Positions 26,504-39,600 of a DNA stretch of 64,000 nucleotides are shown piece by piece (within the stretch, counting starts at the first letter, position 1; every line of letters starts with the position of its first letter). The stretch lies in the NCBI RefSeq assembly GCF_009914755.1, contig NC_060929.1, one strand, 5' to 3'. Under the pieces are notes generated by a model. The model was not told the origin of the DNA, did no database searches, and saw only the letters and a program-made list of their open reading frames with translations. A program made the translations under genes and the position numbers. The stretch is from the human T2T-CHM13v2.0 reference genome, Homo sapiens.

Positions 26504-29429
26504 ACCCGAATAAGGACAACTACAAAACAGTGATAAAAGAAATTGAAGATGACACAAAAAAATTGGAAAACATTCCATTGTCATTGGTTGAAAAAATTAA
26601 TATTGTTAAAATGACCATACAGCCCAAAGCAATCTGCATATTCAATGCAATCCCTATCCAAATACCAACATCATTTTTTCACAGAAATAGAAGAAAACCC
26701 TAAAATTAGTATTGAACAAAACCAAGGCTGAATAGCCAAAGCAAAAGCAATCTTAAGCATAAAAAAATGAAATATAACAAAGCTGGAGGCATCGCACTAA
26801 CTGACTTTGAAATATATTACAAGGCAATAGTAACCAAATTGTCATGGTCTTCATATAAGAAACACATACATAGACCAATGCAACAGAAAAGAGAACTAAG
26901 AAATATATTCACATACTTAAAGCCAATTGATTTCAACAAAGGTGCCAAGAACACATACTGAGAAAATGACACCCTGTTAAATAAATGTTGCCAGGGAAAT
27001 AGGAGATCATATGTAGAAGAATGGCACTGGACTCCTATCTCTCATCATATACAAAAATCAACTGAAGATGGATTAAATACTGAAGCATAAGACTAGAAAC
27101 TACAAAACTATCAAAACAAAATATAAGAAAAATACTCCAGGACATTGGTCTAAATAGAGGTTTTATGGCTAACACCTCAAAAGCACAGGCAACAAAAACA
27201 ATAACAGTCAAAAAGGACTGACTATATCAAACTAAAAAGCTTCTGCACAGTAGAGGAAACAACAGAATAAAGAGACAACTGATTGAATGGAAGAAAATAT
27301 TTGAAAACTATTCATCCAACAAGGGGATAATATCCAGAATATACAAGAAACTCAGACAACTCAACAGTAACAAAAGCAAATAATCCCATTAAAAAGTGGG
27401 CAAAGCACCTGAATAGACATTTCTCAAAAGAAGATATACAAGTGGCCAAACATATGTGAAAAAATGTTCAACATCACTAATCAGGGAAATGAAAATCAAA
27501 ACCCAAATGAGACATCATCTTACACTAGTTAGAATAGTTATTATCACAAAGATGAAAAATTACAGATGCTGCAAGGGTGCAGACAAGAGGACATTCTTAT
27601 GGACTGTTGTTGGGGATGTAAATTAGTACAGTCACTGTGGAAAACAGTATGCAGATTTCCCAAAAAACTGAAGGTAGAACTACAATACAATCTATCAATT
27701 GTGCTGCTGGGTATTTATCCATAGGAAACTAAATCAGTGTATCAAGGGGATACTTGCACTAGCATGTTTATTACAGCACTATTCACAACAGCAAAAATAT
27801 GAAATCAACCTAAGTGCCCATCAACAGATAAACACATAGAGAAAACGTGGTGTATTTGCAAAACGGAATACCACTTGGCCATATAAAGAGTGAAATCATG
27901 CCATTTGCAGCAAAGAAGATGGAACTAGATGTCATTATGTTAAGTAAAATAAACCAGACACAGAAAGACAAATTTTGCAGATTCTCACTTGTCTGTGGGA
28001 ACTAAAAACGTTGTTTTCCTTCCTGGAGGTAGGGAGTAGAATGACAGATACCAGAGGCTGGAACTGGTGTGAGTGTGGAAGAAGGGGGATAAAGAGAGAT
28101 TTGTTAATGTGTACAAAGCTACATTCAGAAAGTATAAATGCTAATGTTTGACAGCAGAATAAGGTGGCTATGGTTTACAACAAGGTGTTATATATTTCAA
28201 AGTAGCTAGAAGAGAGGACTTGATTGTTCCCTTCTCATTGAAATGATAAATAATGAAGGTGCTGGATACCTCAAATAACCTGAGTTGATCATTTCACACT
28301 CTATGCATGTAATAAAATACCACTTGTACCCCAGAAGTATGTAAAATATGTATCAACAAAAATAAATAAATAAATATACAAAATGTATATGTTAATCAAT
28401 GGTAGCTCCTGATAACATTCAGAAATTGAAACAGGTCAAAATTGACTTTTCTGTAGTGTCTGATAATATAATTTGTATTACAAAGGCTATGACCACCATT
28501 CCTTAGTCTCTCTAGAATGTTAGGAGTTGAGCTATGGTCAGAAGTAATTACTCAAACTTATTAAAGCTAAATGCAAATCTGTTTGCTTCATTTCCTTTCA
28601 CTTTTTACACTATTCTATTTTAAAATAATCTTGGCGAAAGTTAGGAAGCACGTTATATTTCTATTATTTTTTCACTAGGTAACGATGGATGTGAAGAAAG
28701 TGACTTGATGCAATGATCTAACACATAAATCATAAATTTTTTGATCACAAACCTAATGCTCAATTTAAGAACAAAATTTAGCTTAGCAAAGCAAAATACT
28801 TCCAATGAATATTTTCTGCATTACTTAGGTTTCTGAAAATATGGGGTAAGCGTGTGACAGTGGGAGAGAAGTATAGAAGTTTGATGGTTTTTTATTTAAG
28901 AAATGAAGAAACAACAAAAAAAAACTGATGTGAAAGTAATCGAACGCTATGGTTGAGGGTAGACATTTTCTTTTGGTGTCTGCATTTAGCACACTGAAAT
29001 AAATAGCATAATAACCCAGGTGATTTACACTTATAGTACTATTATCTTCCTTTAGGATGGGTAAATAACATATTTTATGTTCTAATTATTTATAGAACCA
29101 ACATGTTTTGAGAATGTATGATGATGAAAAATCTACCCAAAAATAACGTGATAAAGCGTGTTTATATATAAACACATTAATATCCATTACTTTGAGGAAT
29201 GTAAAAATTATTTTAATCATTTCAGAAATCAAATATGCTTTGAGATCATTTGTACTTTTACGAAGCATGGCTACATAACTTACTTTGCCTATTCGTATCT
29301 ATGGCAAAATTGTGCTCCTTAATAAAATCTCATTAGAAAACACATTATGTGTAAATAAAATACTTCCTTTATTTTCAACATTACTTCACCATAATTATAT
29401 GTTTTGCTGATTGATTGCCCTAAACATGG

Positions 29430-29712
29430 TCTGATTTACTGCATAGAAATTATATTTACAGATGTGAATGTTATTTCCAGAGAACCTGTTGATTTTTTTC
29501 TTCTCATACTCACAAAAAGAATAGAAGTTACAACAAACAACAGAATTACTTTAAGCAAAAATAAATTTCTAAAACTTCAAGTCCTTCTAATTGGTTAGTG
29601 TGAAATTGTTGTAACTTCTATTCTTTTTGTGAGTATGAGAAGAAAAAAATCAACAGGTTTTCTTGAAATAACATTCGCATCTGTAAATTTAATTTCTATG
29701 CAATAAATCAGA
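29430..29712. repeat. Long inverted repeat: 107-bp arms (29430-29536, 29606-29712), 69-bp spacer
   Basis: Manual alignment of the left arm with the reverse complement of the right arm: 102/107 identical, no gaps. Confidence 0.97.
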
Positions 29713-29914
29713 AAGTCATTTATGAAGGAAAAAAATATTGTTAATTTATAGTATAAGCATTCATGACTACAAACAATAAATGAACCAAAGCAGCATGGAA
29801 ATATATTGACAGAAAAGACACAACTATATATTATATTTTAATAAAAAGAAAAATCCAGAAAAATGTATGTGCTTTAAAAGATGATATATTTTGGACATTT
29901 AAAAAACATCAACT

Positions 29915-30161
29915 AGCCAGGTGCAGTGGCTCACACCTGTAATCCCATCACTTTGGGAATGCGAGGTGGGTGGACCACCTGAGGTCAGGAGTTCGCGACC
30001 AGCCTAGCCAACATGATGAAACCCTGTCTCTACTAAAAATACAAAAATTAGCCAGGCGTGGTGGCGCATGCCTATAGTCCCAGCTACTCAGGTGGCTGAG
30101 GCAGGAGAATCTCTCAAACCCAAAAGGTGGAGGTTACAGTGAGCCAAGATCACGCCACTGC
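29915..30161 (+). mobile_element. Alu (AluS type), 3'-truncated and tailless
   Basis: Normal Alu up to gatcacgccactgc, then abrupt non-Alu sequence. Confidence 0.95.
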
Positions 30162-32949
30162 GTGATATATTTAGTAACATATTTAGTATATTTAGTAACA
30201 TAGTTTGGAGGAAAAATAGTGTTAAGCTATGACAAAATTATCATATTTTATTGTAGAAAAGTCAGTATTATATTTATTTTTGTTATTTTTGTTTGTATTT
30301 ATATTTATAAAGAAGAAGTCTTAGCAAATCCACTTAAAATTGTAGGTGTGGTTTATTTGCAATGACATATTAATTGAGCTTGTTTGGTTAAGCTAAATTG
30401 CTTAAATAATTGTTTTCAGAAAGTGCAAAAGTTTATTATGCTATTAATTTCAGTTCTAATTCTGTGTGAGTAACATATGTTTATACTGGTTAAAATTCTG
30501 CAAAGATTTTGTCTGACTTAATACCCGAAGTAGTGGAAATGTCTAATTACAATATATTATTAATTTGGAGTATAGGGTTATTTCATGAGGATGTTAACAT
30601 AAGTTCTTGACTTTTAGTTGGGGTACACACACATTAGATCTCTTTTCCAATGTATAGTCCAAGAATTATGCATACCAAAATTACAGAAGATGTTTGTTAA
30701 AAAGTCAGATTCCAACCATACTACCTTTAAATATATAGTAATTTTTTATTGTAATTTGACATATAAATAATTTTAGGACTGTGTTATATATATATATATA
30801 TGTCTGAAATTCAGAATTACTCTTGACTTTGTCTAATTTTAAATTTAATATTTAAATACATGGGTATTGATGGAATTGTTGCACCCTGTATTCTTTACAA
30901 ATGTATTAATCTTTATATCTATACATCCATTTATAGAAATTCAGACATGTTATACATGTATGCATGGGAAGATTTTTAGAGGGTTTTTGATATTTTGGTA
31001 GCTTCTTGTGTTTTAACATTATATTTGCTTTACTTTTTTACCTTGCTAGGTATGTTTTTATATATCAAACATCCTTATTCATTACTCATTCTAAATGATA
31101 GAGATTCCTTGGCTTACTACATTAGCACATCTGGATTTGAGGCATGAAAATCTGTCTCTACAAAATATAACGAGAGATTTTGGTGCACAGTACCATTTAA
31201 AACCGTTGGAACAGACCACAGAATGACACCAGAATGATTGTGGTAAGCTTGGTAACTGAGTTTGAAATAGTTGTGCAGGTGGTTCCTTCCAATTTCCCCA
31301 CTCCTTGAGTTAATCTTATTTACAGAATCTGACGAGACAAATTTTACCCTAAATCTAATAGACTTGGCTTTCTAGATTCATGTTGTACAACACATTTAGG
31401 ATGAAATAGACCTTATTCTGTTCATCTTAGTAATAGTTCTCTTCTCCTTGAATGTAAATATTATATTTTAAAATATTTATTATTTTCTGTAGCATATATA
31501 CTGTTATTTATAATGTTCAGTTATTAAATGTTTTGATTATGTATCTTTTATATTCATGATTGTATATCATTTATTTTTCTAGCTGTAAGAGATCAAACTA
31601 TAGAACTAAGCATCTGCTGACCATGCTTCTTTCAGTCTATCTTATTTAAAATGTAGTGAAATGTCCTAATTCTTGAGAGAGGAATTTCTTTCTACTAGCT
31701 GACACGGCCCCTTGAAAATCTAGGTGCAATTTAATAATTTAGAAATCCTTTGGGCATGGTTTGACATGGACTACATAAAAGCATTAAATGAATAAATAAG
31801 TAGGTAACATATGAGCTTATAATAAGATTACCACGACATATAAAACTAATATTTAAATATTGAAAGTGGATATCTAGGAGTTCATAAATTTAATACTGAC
31901 ATAATTACACCTTCCCATTTGCCTTTCATTCTTGTAATCACTTATAACCACCGCCCCCCCACCCCAGATAGCACAAATCTGTGAATCTACATAGGATAGA
32001 TGTAATTTAGATAGATCTAGTAATAAAGGCAGATTCTAGAGGATGATTACCTTAGTAAATTTGTGGAATGGTAGTTCTGTATGGCACTGGAGAACACAAT
32101 TTTCCCAGCTTTCCAACAAGTGCCCAACAGGTACAAACTTTCAATAGTACAGATTACTTTCTGTCTGGGCCTTGGAATTTTTACCACACAGTAACAGGAT
32201 GATTTATTGCTGGACTAATCTTAAGGGCATTCTGTGATCCCTAGCAATTTGTTTGCCTACAGTCATGGTCCCTTCTGCATACATTAGCCTAACACACTGT
32301 ATAAAGCAATGCTTCTCACCTCTACATTATCTTCTCTTTCATAAGGAATATTTCTAAATAATTTTTAAATGTATACAGTTACCTCTTTATATATTACAAT
32401 GTAAAATTTCCTATTTAAAGACCCATATGGGTCACAGGATTTAGGCAACACAATCTGATATTGAACATGTTTTAACATTCTGTATCAATGAATGAATCAA
32501 TCTGTTTATATTCAGTATTACACATATATGTGGATGAATAATATTTTGAAATAGTATGGGTATGTGTTTATCAGTGTGTCTCTGACTTTTTCTTCCATTG
32601 AAAAAGATAGCTTTGTATTTAATTTCTCATTGTCGGTACATAGAGCATCAAAAAAAGAGACATGGTCAATAACACCTTCAGGCTATCAATTCTCAAATAG
32701 TCAAGCCTTAAGAAAACTTATGGGAAAGAACACTATTGGGTAAAGGTGGTGGTAGTTTTAAAAAGATGAAGAGAAAAGTCCCCCTTAAGACTAACAAAAT
32801 AATCCTTAAGCTGGATAATGAGACAGAAATTACAGGTACTCAGTGCCCTGAGTCTATCCAGTGTCAAGCATCCTTGTAGTCCCAATGAGGCCCAGCAGAG
32901 TCCTAGAAATACTGGCTGTGTGATGCACTGAGGCAGATACATGACTGTT

Positions 32950-33100
32950 CAGAGAGAGGATAGAGAGGGTACCAGGAAGGTGCTAAGGATGACAATTTTT
33001 TTGCATGGTGATATGGATAGGATTCAATCAGAAGATGATTTTTGAGCAAATTTTAGAAGGAATAGAAAAGGCAAGTATATTTCTGAGAGCAGCTGTCCAA
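32950..33100 (-). mobile_element. L2 fragment
   Basis: Purine-rich gaagatgatttttgagcaaattttagaagga resembles antisense L2 (gaggtgacatttgagcagagacttgaagga). Confidence 0.5.
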
Positions 33101-33615
33101 GTAAAAGTACACAGTCTAGATCAGCTAATCTCACCTCTGCATATTAGTAACAAAAACTCACCAGACAATTCAATAGTGTGTTTAGGGTTGTGAAAAATTG
33201 GCGTAGATTATAGAGATAAGGAGAAAGGACACAGACACATTCACCTGGTTATTGACATTGAAGGAAGGAATACTCACCTTTCTAGTCTTCCCCAAACAAA
33301 CTGATGTGCTTAGTCTATCCATTCCAAAGTTTAGGCCTCTGAAACGAGGTGGGAGGTGGATAGGCCAGTGGAACCACTTCTCAGTACTTGGCAAAAGTAG
33401 ACTCTCATGAGGCAGCTTTAAGTCAAGACCGTTGCCTTCAGTGATATAGAAACATTTCTTTTTGGCTAGAGGTTAGAAGAAAACTATAGAAAGATCATAT
33501 TTCAAAAAGATACAAAGAAAGCTGCACGAGGTTATTTGTAACAGGATCCTCAGAACTTCGACAAATGCCCAGACCAAAAACAAAGCAAAACAAAACAACA
33601 CAGAAACAAAACCTA

Positions 33616-33669
33616 TTTAGACTGGTAGCCAATGTGTCTCTGTTTAGACTGGTGGCCAACGTGTCTCTG
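33616..33669. repeat. 27-bp tandem duplication
   Basis: tttagactggtagccaatgtgtctctg / tttagactggtggccaacgtgtctctg (2 mismatches). Confidence 0.95.
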
Positions 33670-33879
33670 AGAAACTGAAGAAGACTTTTTTTTCCATGTT
33701 GTCTCACAGTCAACAATAATGATCTTAATTGTGCTTACAGAAAAGCAGAGGAAGTATATTAAGAGAATTCTGGTAAGTATGAAACTATGATCTTAGTGAC
33801 TGTAAAATAATAAAAGAACAATACAGTTGTAGAGTTGATCATTTGTGGGCAATCCAAAAAAAAAAAAAAAAGAGACTTA

Positions 33880-34180
33880 TCCACAATGGTAGAACCACAT
33901 CAAAGATAAAACACCCAAATGCAGGTGTCCAGCACATAAATGGAATTTTGAGGTCTGGAGCACAAGAAGAAAATCAGGATAGGTTGCAAGCATTTGGGAG
34001 TCATCATTACATAAAAAATTGAAAATATAAAAATTGATTACATTGTTCATGTATGGCATGCATGCATTGTAAAGGTAAATGGGGCAGAAAGAAATCCCAG
34101 GAAAACACTAATTTTAAGAGTCAGAAAGAAAGAGAGTTCATGAAGAAGAATGGAAGGGAACATAGGTGGCTGGAGAGTTG
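33880..34180 (-). mobile_element. L2 fragment
   Basis: gaggtctggagcacaagaaga...catttgggagtcatca hallmark of antisense L2. Confidence 0.65.
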
Positions 34181-34839
34181 CAAGAAATATCACCTGGCCC
34201 TTAATGTGACCTGCAATGTAGTTTATCTGCACCCCAAGTACCTATCAGGAAGTATAAGTGCCAATTCCTTGGTGCTTTGCAGAAAATACAACCTTTTTGA
34301 TGTAACCTTTGGGGCATGCAGTTTATCCATTCTACGTAATCTATCCCTAGATCACATCAGAACAGCTGAGGCTGCAAATATAAAGTACTTTATTTCAGCC
34401 TCCTTAGAATGGTTTTATTGAAATACGTTTGGCAACAGCCATTATGGGATGCTATAAGATGTAGTTTTATTAAACTTGTCCTCTATTTTTTGTAAAATTG
34501 AAGTGTTCGATAAATTTCAGTTTTCTATATGAGGACTGACACTAGGAATGTCTTCTTGGCCACTGAACTGGGAATAGTAACGCTGTACCTCAGTAAATTT
34601 TCTGTTCCTTTATAACATTACCATATATTTAGCTGATCAAAATTTGATCTTTGCATTGCCTGGAAGAGGCAAGTAAATGGTCCAACTTTATCATAGAGGA
34701 ATTTAAGTCATATATTTCATATTTAACCTCACCTGGCTTTTTTTTTTTACCTATGCTACTCTATTTTTATTTGTTTTTTATTGTTTCATTACATTTTCTT
34801 CTATTGAATATATGAAAGTCAACTTAAACTATGCTGACT

Positions 34840-35333
34840 ATTTTCCATTTACCCATTCTGATGCAGCATCCATCCTCCTCCACTTTGAACTGTGTCTTTG
34901 GAAGCTGAACTTTGTGAATGACAGCAACCCAGCTCATTTTTCCTCAGGCTTCAGCATATCTTTGGCTAATGGGAGGTGTAGCCTAGAGATCAGGGGGACT
35001 GGAAGATGGTGAATGAGTTTGAGCTATCAATGTCTCCAGGGTTTTTTGTTTGTTTGTTTTACTTTTTGTGCTGTGATTTGACAGCAGCCATAACTCTTAT
35101 CATGTTATTCCCACCGGTGACCATAGAAGTCTTCAGTTTTTGGTTACAAAATTTCTTCCTTTTTCATCTCAAGCCTGGATATGACATTGGCTTCCTACTA
35201 TTGCTCTCAGCCTGGTGTTTAGCCATTTTTGTTTGCTTAAACCTATTCAAAATTTTATAAAAGTCACTCTTCTATCTGTCTTCTGTTAACTCTTGCCATG
35301 TATCTTGTTTCCTGTTGAGATATTTTCTGATCA
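34840..35333 (+). mobile_element. LTR33-like ERVL LTR
   Basis: ctgtgtctttggaagctgaac...tttggctaatgggaggtgtagcctagagatcagggg...tgtttcctgttgaga match the LTR33 layout. Confidence 0.6.
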
Positions 35334-35573
35334 AGGCATCTTAATAATTGTTTGATTAAAGACACTTCCTATTTTATTGTGTGCATCCACACATGAGTGT
35401 ACACGTACAGAGTCACAAATGTGAACTAAGTGAATTATTTTTATTTTTATGAGCCAAGATTCTGAAGCACAGAATGGAAAAAAAAATTAACAAATTTTTC
35501 TCCTAATAGCTTTGTTTATCTAGTCTTATTTCTCTCAATGTCACTTAAACAAATTAAAATTAACTTGTGATGG

Positions 35574-36344
35574 TGCTATAGAACTGAACTGGGGTCCACT
35601 TGCCCAGTGCAGTAAGACCAGATATCTACACCAACGTTTGCAGCCATAGAAAGAAAGGTGATTATTTGCAGGGCATCAAGCAAGGAGGACCAGGCAGCTA
35701 ACACCTAACTCCTGACCTCTCCAATGGTGGGTATGCAAGAGTTTATAAAGAAAGGGGTAAATTTCAGGAAAACAGAAGTTACAGGCAAAATTGTAAATCA
35801 ACACATAGAGGTTACACCCTGGTTTGGGCCTAAAACGGAGAGAGGTTTTGAAGCGGGATCCCACAATTCCTAGGTCAATTCAAATATTTTATGATTTGAA
35901 TTCGGTTCAGGAGGCAAAGCTTTGCCTAAAAATTTGGGATTAACAGAATGTTAGTTCTGGCCTGGGGATGTGACCTCCTCCAGGTCCCTCAGGAAGACAT
36001 TTTAAAAAAAGAATGGTGATCAGAGTTCAGTCCTCAGTTCCCCTTTGAGGTTTACATGCCAGTAGACTTATTTGGTGGAAGTCTGCATTTCTGAATAACA
36101 ACCCAGAGACATATGTTAGTAAGTTACCTTTAGTTTCTATAGGGAACCATATAGTCATATGACTCTAAGTCTTTTCACTATTGTTTTAAGTTACTATTAT
36201 CTTCTTATTTATCAAGTTGCTTCTTTACTTTTCAAGGCTAGTCAGCTTCCTGGAATTTCCCTTGAAGGAACTCAATATTTTCTTTTATGTCCATGCTTGG
36301 TGGAGCCTGCAGGCCACTAAGAGGGGGTGACTGCTCTTGTCCCT
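35574..36344 (-). mobile_element. ERV1 solo LTR (MER39-like)
   Basis: gaactgaactggggtccacttgccc...caagcaaggag...ggaatttcccttgaaggaactca...gcaggccactaagaggggg. Confidence 0.7.
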
Positions 36345-36438
36345 GACTCCTGATGTTAACATTCTTACATAGTCCCTTTTAATCATGTCCTAGGGTTGGT
36401 ATGTGTGACCAGAAGCATGTGGAAAAAGTAATGGTGTG
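36345..36438 (+). mobile_element. MLT1F-like LTR, 5' part (continues at ~46990)
   Basis: cctagggttggtatgtgtgaccagaagcatgtggaaaaagtaatggtgtg resembles MLT1F agggttggtctgtgtgaccaatagaat..gcagaagtgatggtatg. Confidence 0.6.
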
Positions 36439-36616
36439 AGTGATTCAAGCGTAACATTGCAGTAGACAGCTCCAAGCTCATATCCCTCCTAAAGAAATAC
36501 TGAAAAACATGCAGAAACAGTTAGAACCAATTCTGGCAGAACTCTAGGAAGGTTTATGGTAACCAAGTAAATATTGAGTTGAGAAAAAGGCAACTTCAAA
36601 ACTGTTGAAAATGTCT

Positions 36617-39600
36617 TTTTCCAAGATGGTCAACTAGATGCAGCCAGAAAATGCTGCTCCCACAGAGAGACAATTTCAACTACACCAACATAATTTGAAC
36701 AGATCTTTAGGGAGAAAATGCTGAATGTGGATGGAGAAAAGATGCAGTCACTGAGGCTGAAGAGGGAGGCAGATAAGAACTCTTTGTGGGGTGCCTGCAT
36801 GTTACCACTGGTTTCTGCCCCTGAATGGCTCCTGGGAAAGAGGTGACTGACAGGGCTGGGAAACTGCTCACACTTGCCACATATCTCTGGGATCCTAGCT
36901 GCAGAGGACCCCATACCCCCACAAATGTGGGAGCTGGTAGAGAGAACTCTCTGGATATTAGACAGAAACAGAGCCGAGCAGGCACAGAGCTGGGAACTGA
37001 GCATGGGGAAGCTCCGGTGGAGCCGGCTATAAGCACGCACTTCCCAGGGCTACCTGGCTCTCCCTGAGAGGAGCTAGGTAACTGCTAGGGAGAAGGCAGG
37101 GTCTGCTTCCATGTGGGACTGGGGCATATCTGTCCTGCAGGACGGCTTGCCCACCAGCCCCTCCCGGGACCCCTGCCTGGCCACTCTATAGAAGTGTGTA
37201 CACAATGCAGCCTCTGCTGCCCAGGCTGGGTGTTTTGCTCCACTCGCCTGTGTTCTGGCAGCCTGGGAACACCTTGGACCCCATATCACACCCAGAACCC
37301 AACCCCAGGCATCCATAGGAGGGAGCTACAAGCAGATCCTGTGTCCCAGGGCAGTGGCCTGTGGCTCAGGAGTGTCAAGCTATAATCTGTGATTGGCACT
37401 TGAGTAGAGCAGGAGCCCACACGCTCAGAAAACTGAGAGTGCTGAGTTGCACAGGTTTGTGGGCTGGCATGGGACCTAGCCCTCCCTTTCTCCACAGGGT
37501 AGGTCTGGTAAGGGTATTTCTCTACCAGATATCTCCCCCAAGGGAGCCCTGTGGCCCAAAAGACCTAACAACAACAACAACAACAACAACAACAAAATAG
37601 TGGACACAGTGACAGTGATGAGAGATGGCTCCCCCAAAGCCCACAAGCAGACCAGGTAATGGAATCACCTCTCTTGCCCTCACACCATAGAACACAGCTG
37701 TAAACTCAAAGATACATGAAGGAACCACATGGCTGAGTAAAAGCCTATCTACTGCCCATTACTCTCAAGAGCCATCTACTGGATCGCAGCTGAAGCTACA
37801 CCAGAGATCACTTTAGAATTTCCCCCCTGCAAAACCAATAGCAAGAATTCTACAACAAAGTCCTATATAGTGCCTTGGTCCTCTGAAAACTTCCAGAAAT
37901 GATGCCAGCAGACTATAATCAATTTACACCACGATTAAAAGCATATCAGTCTTCTCAGATGAGAAAGAATCAGCACAAGAACTCTGGCAATTCAAAAAGC
38001 CAGAGTGTCACCTTAAATCCAAACAAGCCCACTAGCTCCCCAACAATGGTTCTTAACCAGTCTGAATTATCTGAAAGGACAGACAGAATTCGGAACTGGA
38101 TGGCAAGGAAGCTCATTGAGATTGAAGAGAAAGCTAAAATTTAATCCAAGGAAACCAAGCAATCCAGTAAAATGATTCAAAGCTGAAAGATGAAATTCCC
38201 ATTTTACGAAAGAGCCAAACTGAAATTCTTGAGCTGAAAAATACATTATAAGAATTTTGTAATACAACTGGAAGTAATAACAGCAGAATAGACGAAGCTA
38301 AGGAAAAAATCCCAGAGCTTGAATACCAGTTCTTCAAGTCAACTCAGTCATACAAAAATAAAGAAAAAAGAATGAAGAAACATGAACAAAACCTCCGAGA
38401 AATGTGGGATTATATAAAGAGACAAAATCTGTGACTCATTGGCATTCCTGAGAGAGAAGGAGAGAAAAAAACAACTTGGAAGACATAACACATCTGACAC
38501 TATAGTCCATGAAAACTTCTCTAATTAAACTTGAGATGTTCATACACAAATCCAAGAAATACAGACAGTCTTGACCAGATAATATACAACACGGTCATCC
38601 CCAAGGCACATAGTCATCATAGTCACCAAGGTCAATCAAAAAATCTTAAAAGTAGCTAGAGAGAACAGGCACATCACCTACAGAGGGAACCTCATCAGGC
38701 TAGCAGTGTACTTCTCAGCAAGAACCTTACAAGCCGGAAGAGATTGGGGGCCTGTTTTCAGTGTTCTTAAGGAAAGAAAATTCCAGTCAATAATTTCATA
38801 TCCTGCCAAATTTATCTTCATAAGTGAAGAAGAAATAAAATCCTTCTCTGGCAAGCAAATGTTGAAGAAATACATTTCAATTAGACCAGCCATACAGAAG
38901 GACTTTAAGAGATTGATAAGAATGAAGCCAAAAGAACCACACCTGCTACCACAAGAGCACACTTAAGCACATAGCTCACAGGCACTATAGAAGAACTACA
39001 CAATCAAGCCTACATAAATACCAGCTAACAACACTACAGGATTAATATCACACATATCAACACTAAACTTGAATAGAAATGTGCTAAATCCCCCATTTAA
39101 AAGGCACAGAGTGGCAGGCTGGATAAAAAGACAAGACCCAACCATCTTTTGTCTTGCAGAGACCCATCTCACATGTAACAACACCCACAGCCAAAAAGTA
39201 AAAGGGAAGAGTGAGACCTTCCATGCAAATGTAAAACAAAATAAAACACAAAGCACTATTTTTATGTCAGATAAAATGCAACTTAAGTCAATAAAAATTA
39301 AGAAGCACATTGAAGAGCATTACATGATGATAAAGAATGCAATCCAACAAGAAACTTTACCCCCTATATATATGCACCCAACATTGGAGCACCCAGATTT
39401 ATAAAACAACTTTTTCTTGGCATAAAAAAAGACTTAGACAACCACACAATAATATTGTGAGACTTCAACACCCTGCTGACAGCATTCGACAGACTATCAA
39501 GTCAAAACAAAACAAAACAACAAAAACAAAGAACCTCTGGACTTAAATTCAACTCTTGACCAATTGGACATAATAGACATCTATAGAAAACTCCATCCAA

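Larger units (their letters stand above)
22548..28375 (+). mobile_element. Near-full-length L1MA4-like LINE-1 with internal deletions and two nested insertions
   Basis: 5' caagattgttgactaga...; ORF 25460..25834 is RT ([30 protein letters not shown]); L1MA4-type 3' UTR (agctagaagagaggacttga...ttgatcatttcacactctatgcatgt) and A tail; jumps at ~23780 (5' UTR to mid-ORF1) and ~24525 (endonuclease lost). Confidence 0.9.

Noticed and set aside
29430-29712. Hairpin as a miR-548/MADE1 element or rho-independent terminator
   Set aside because: No MADE1 sequence; eukaryotic context; the stem is far longer than a terminator
34053-34421. 122-aa ORF
   Set aside because: Starts within an L2 fragment; no known domain
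35912-35927. 16-bp perfect palindrome aggcaaagctttgcct
   Set aside because: Inside an ERV1 LTR; probably consensus-derived or chance
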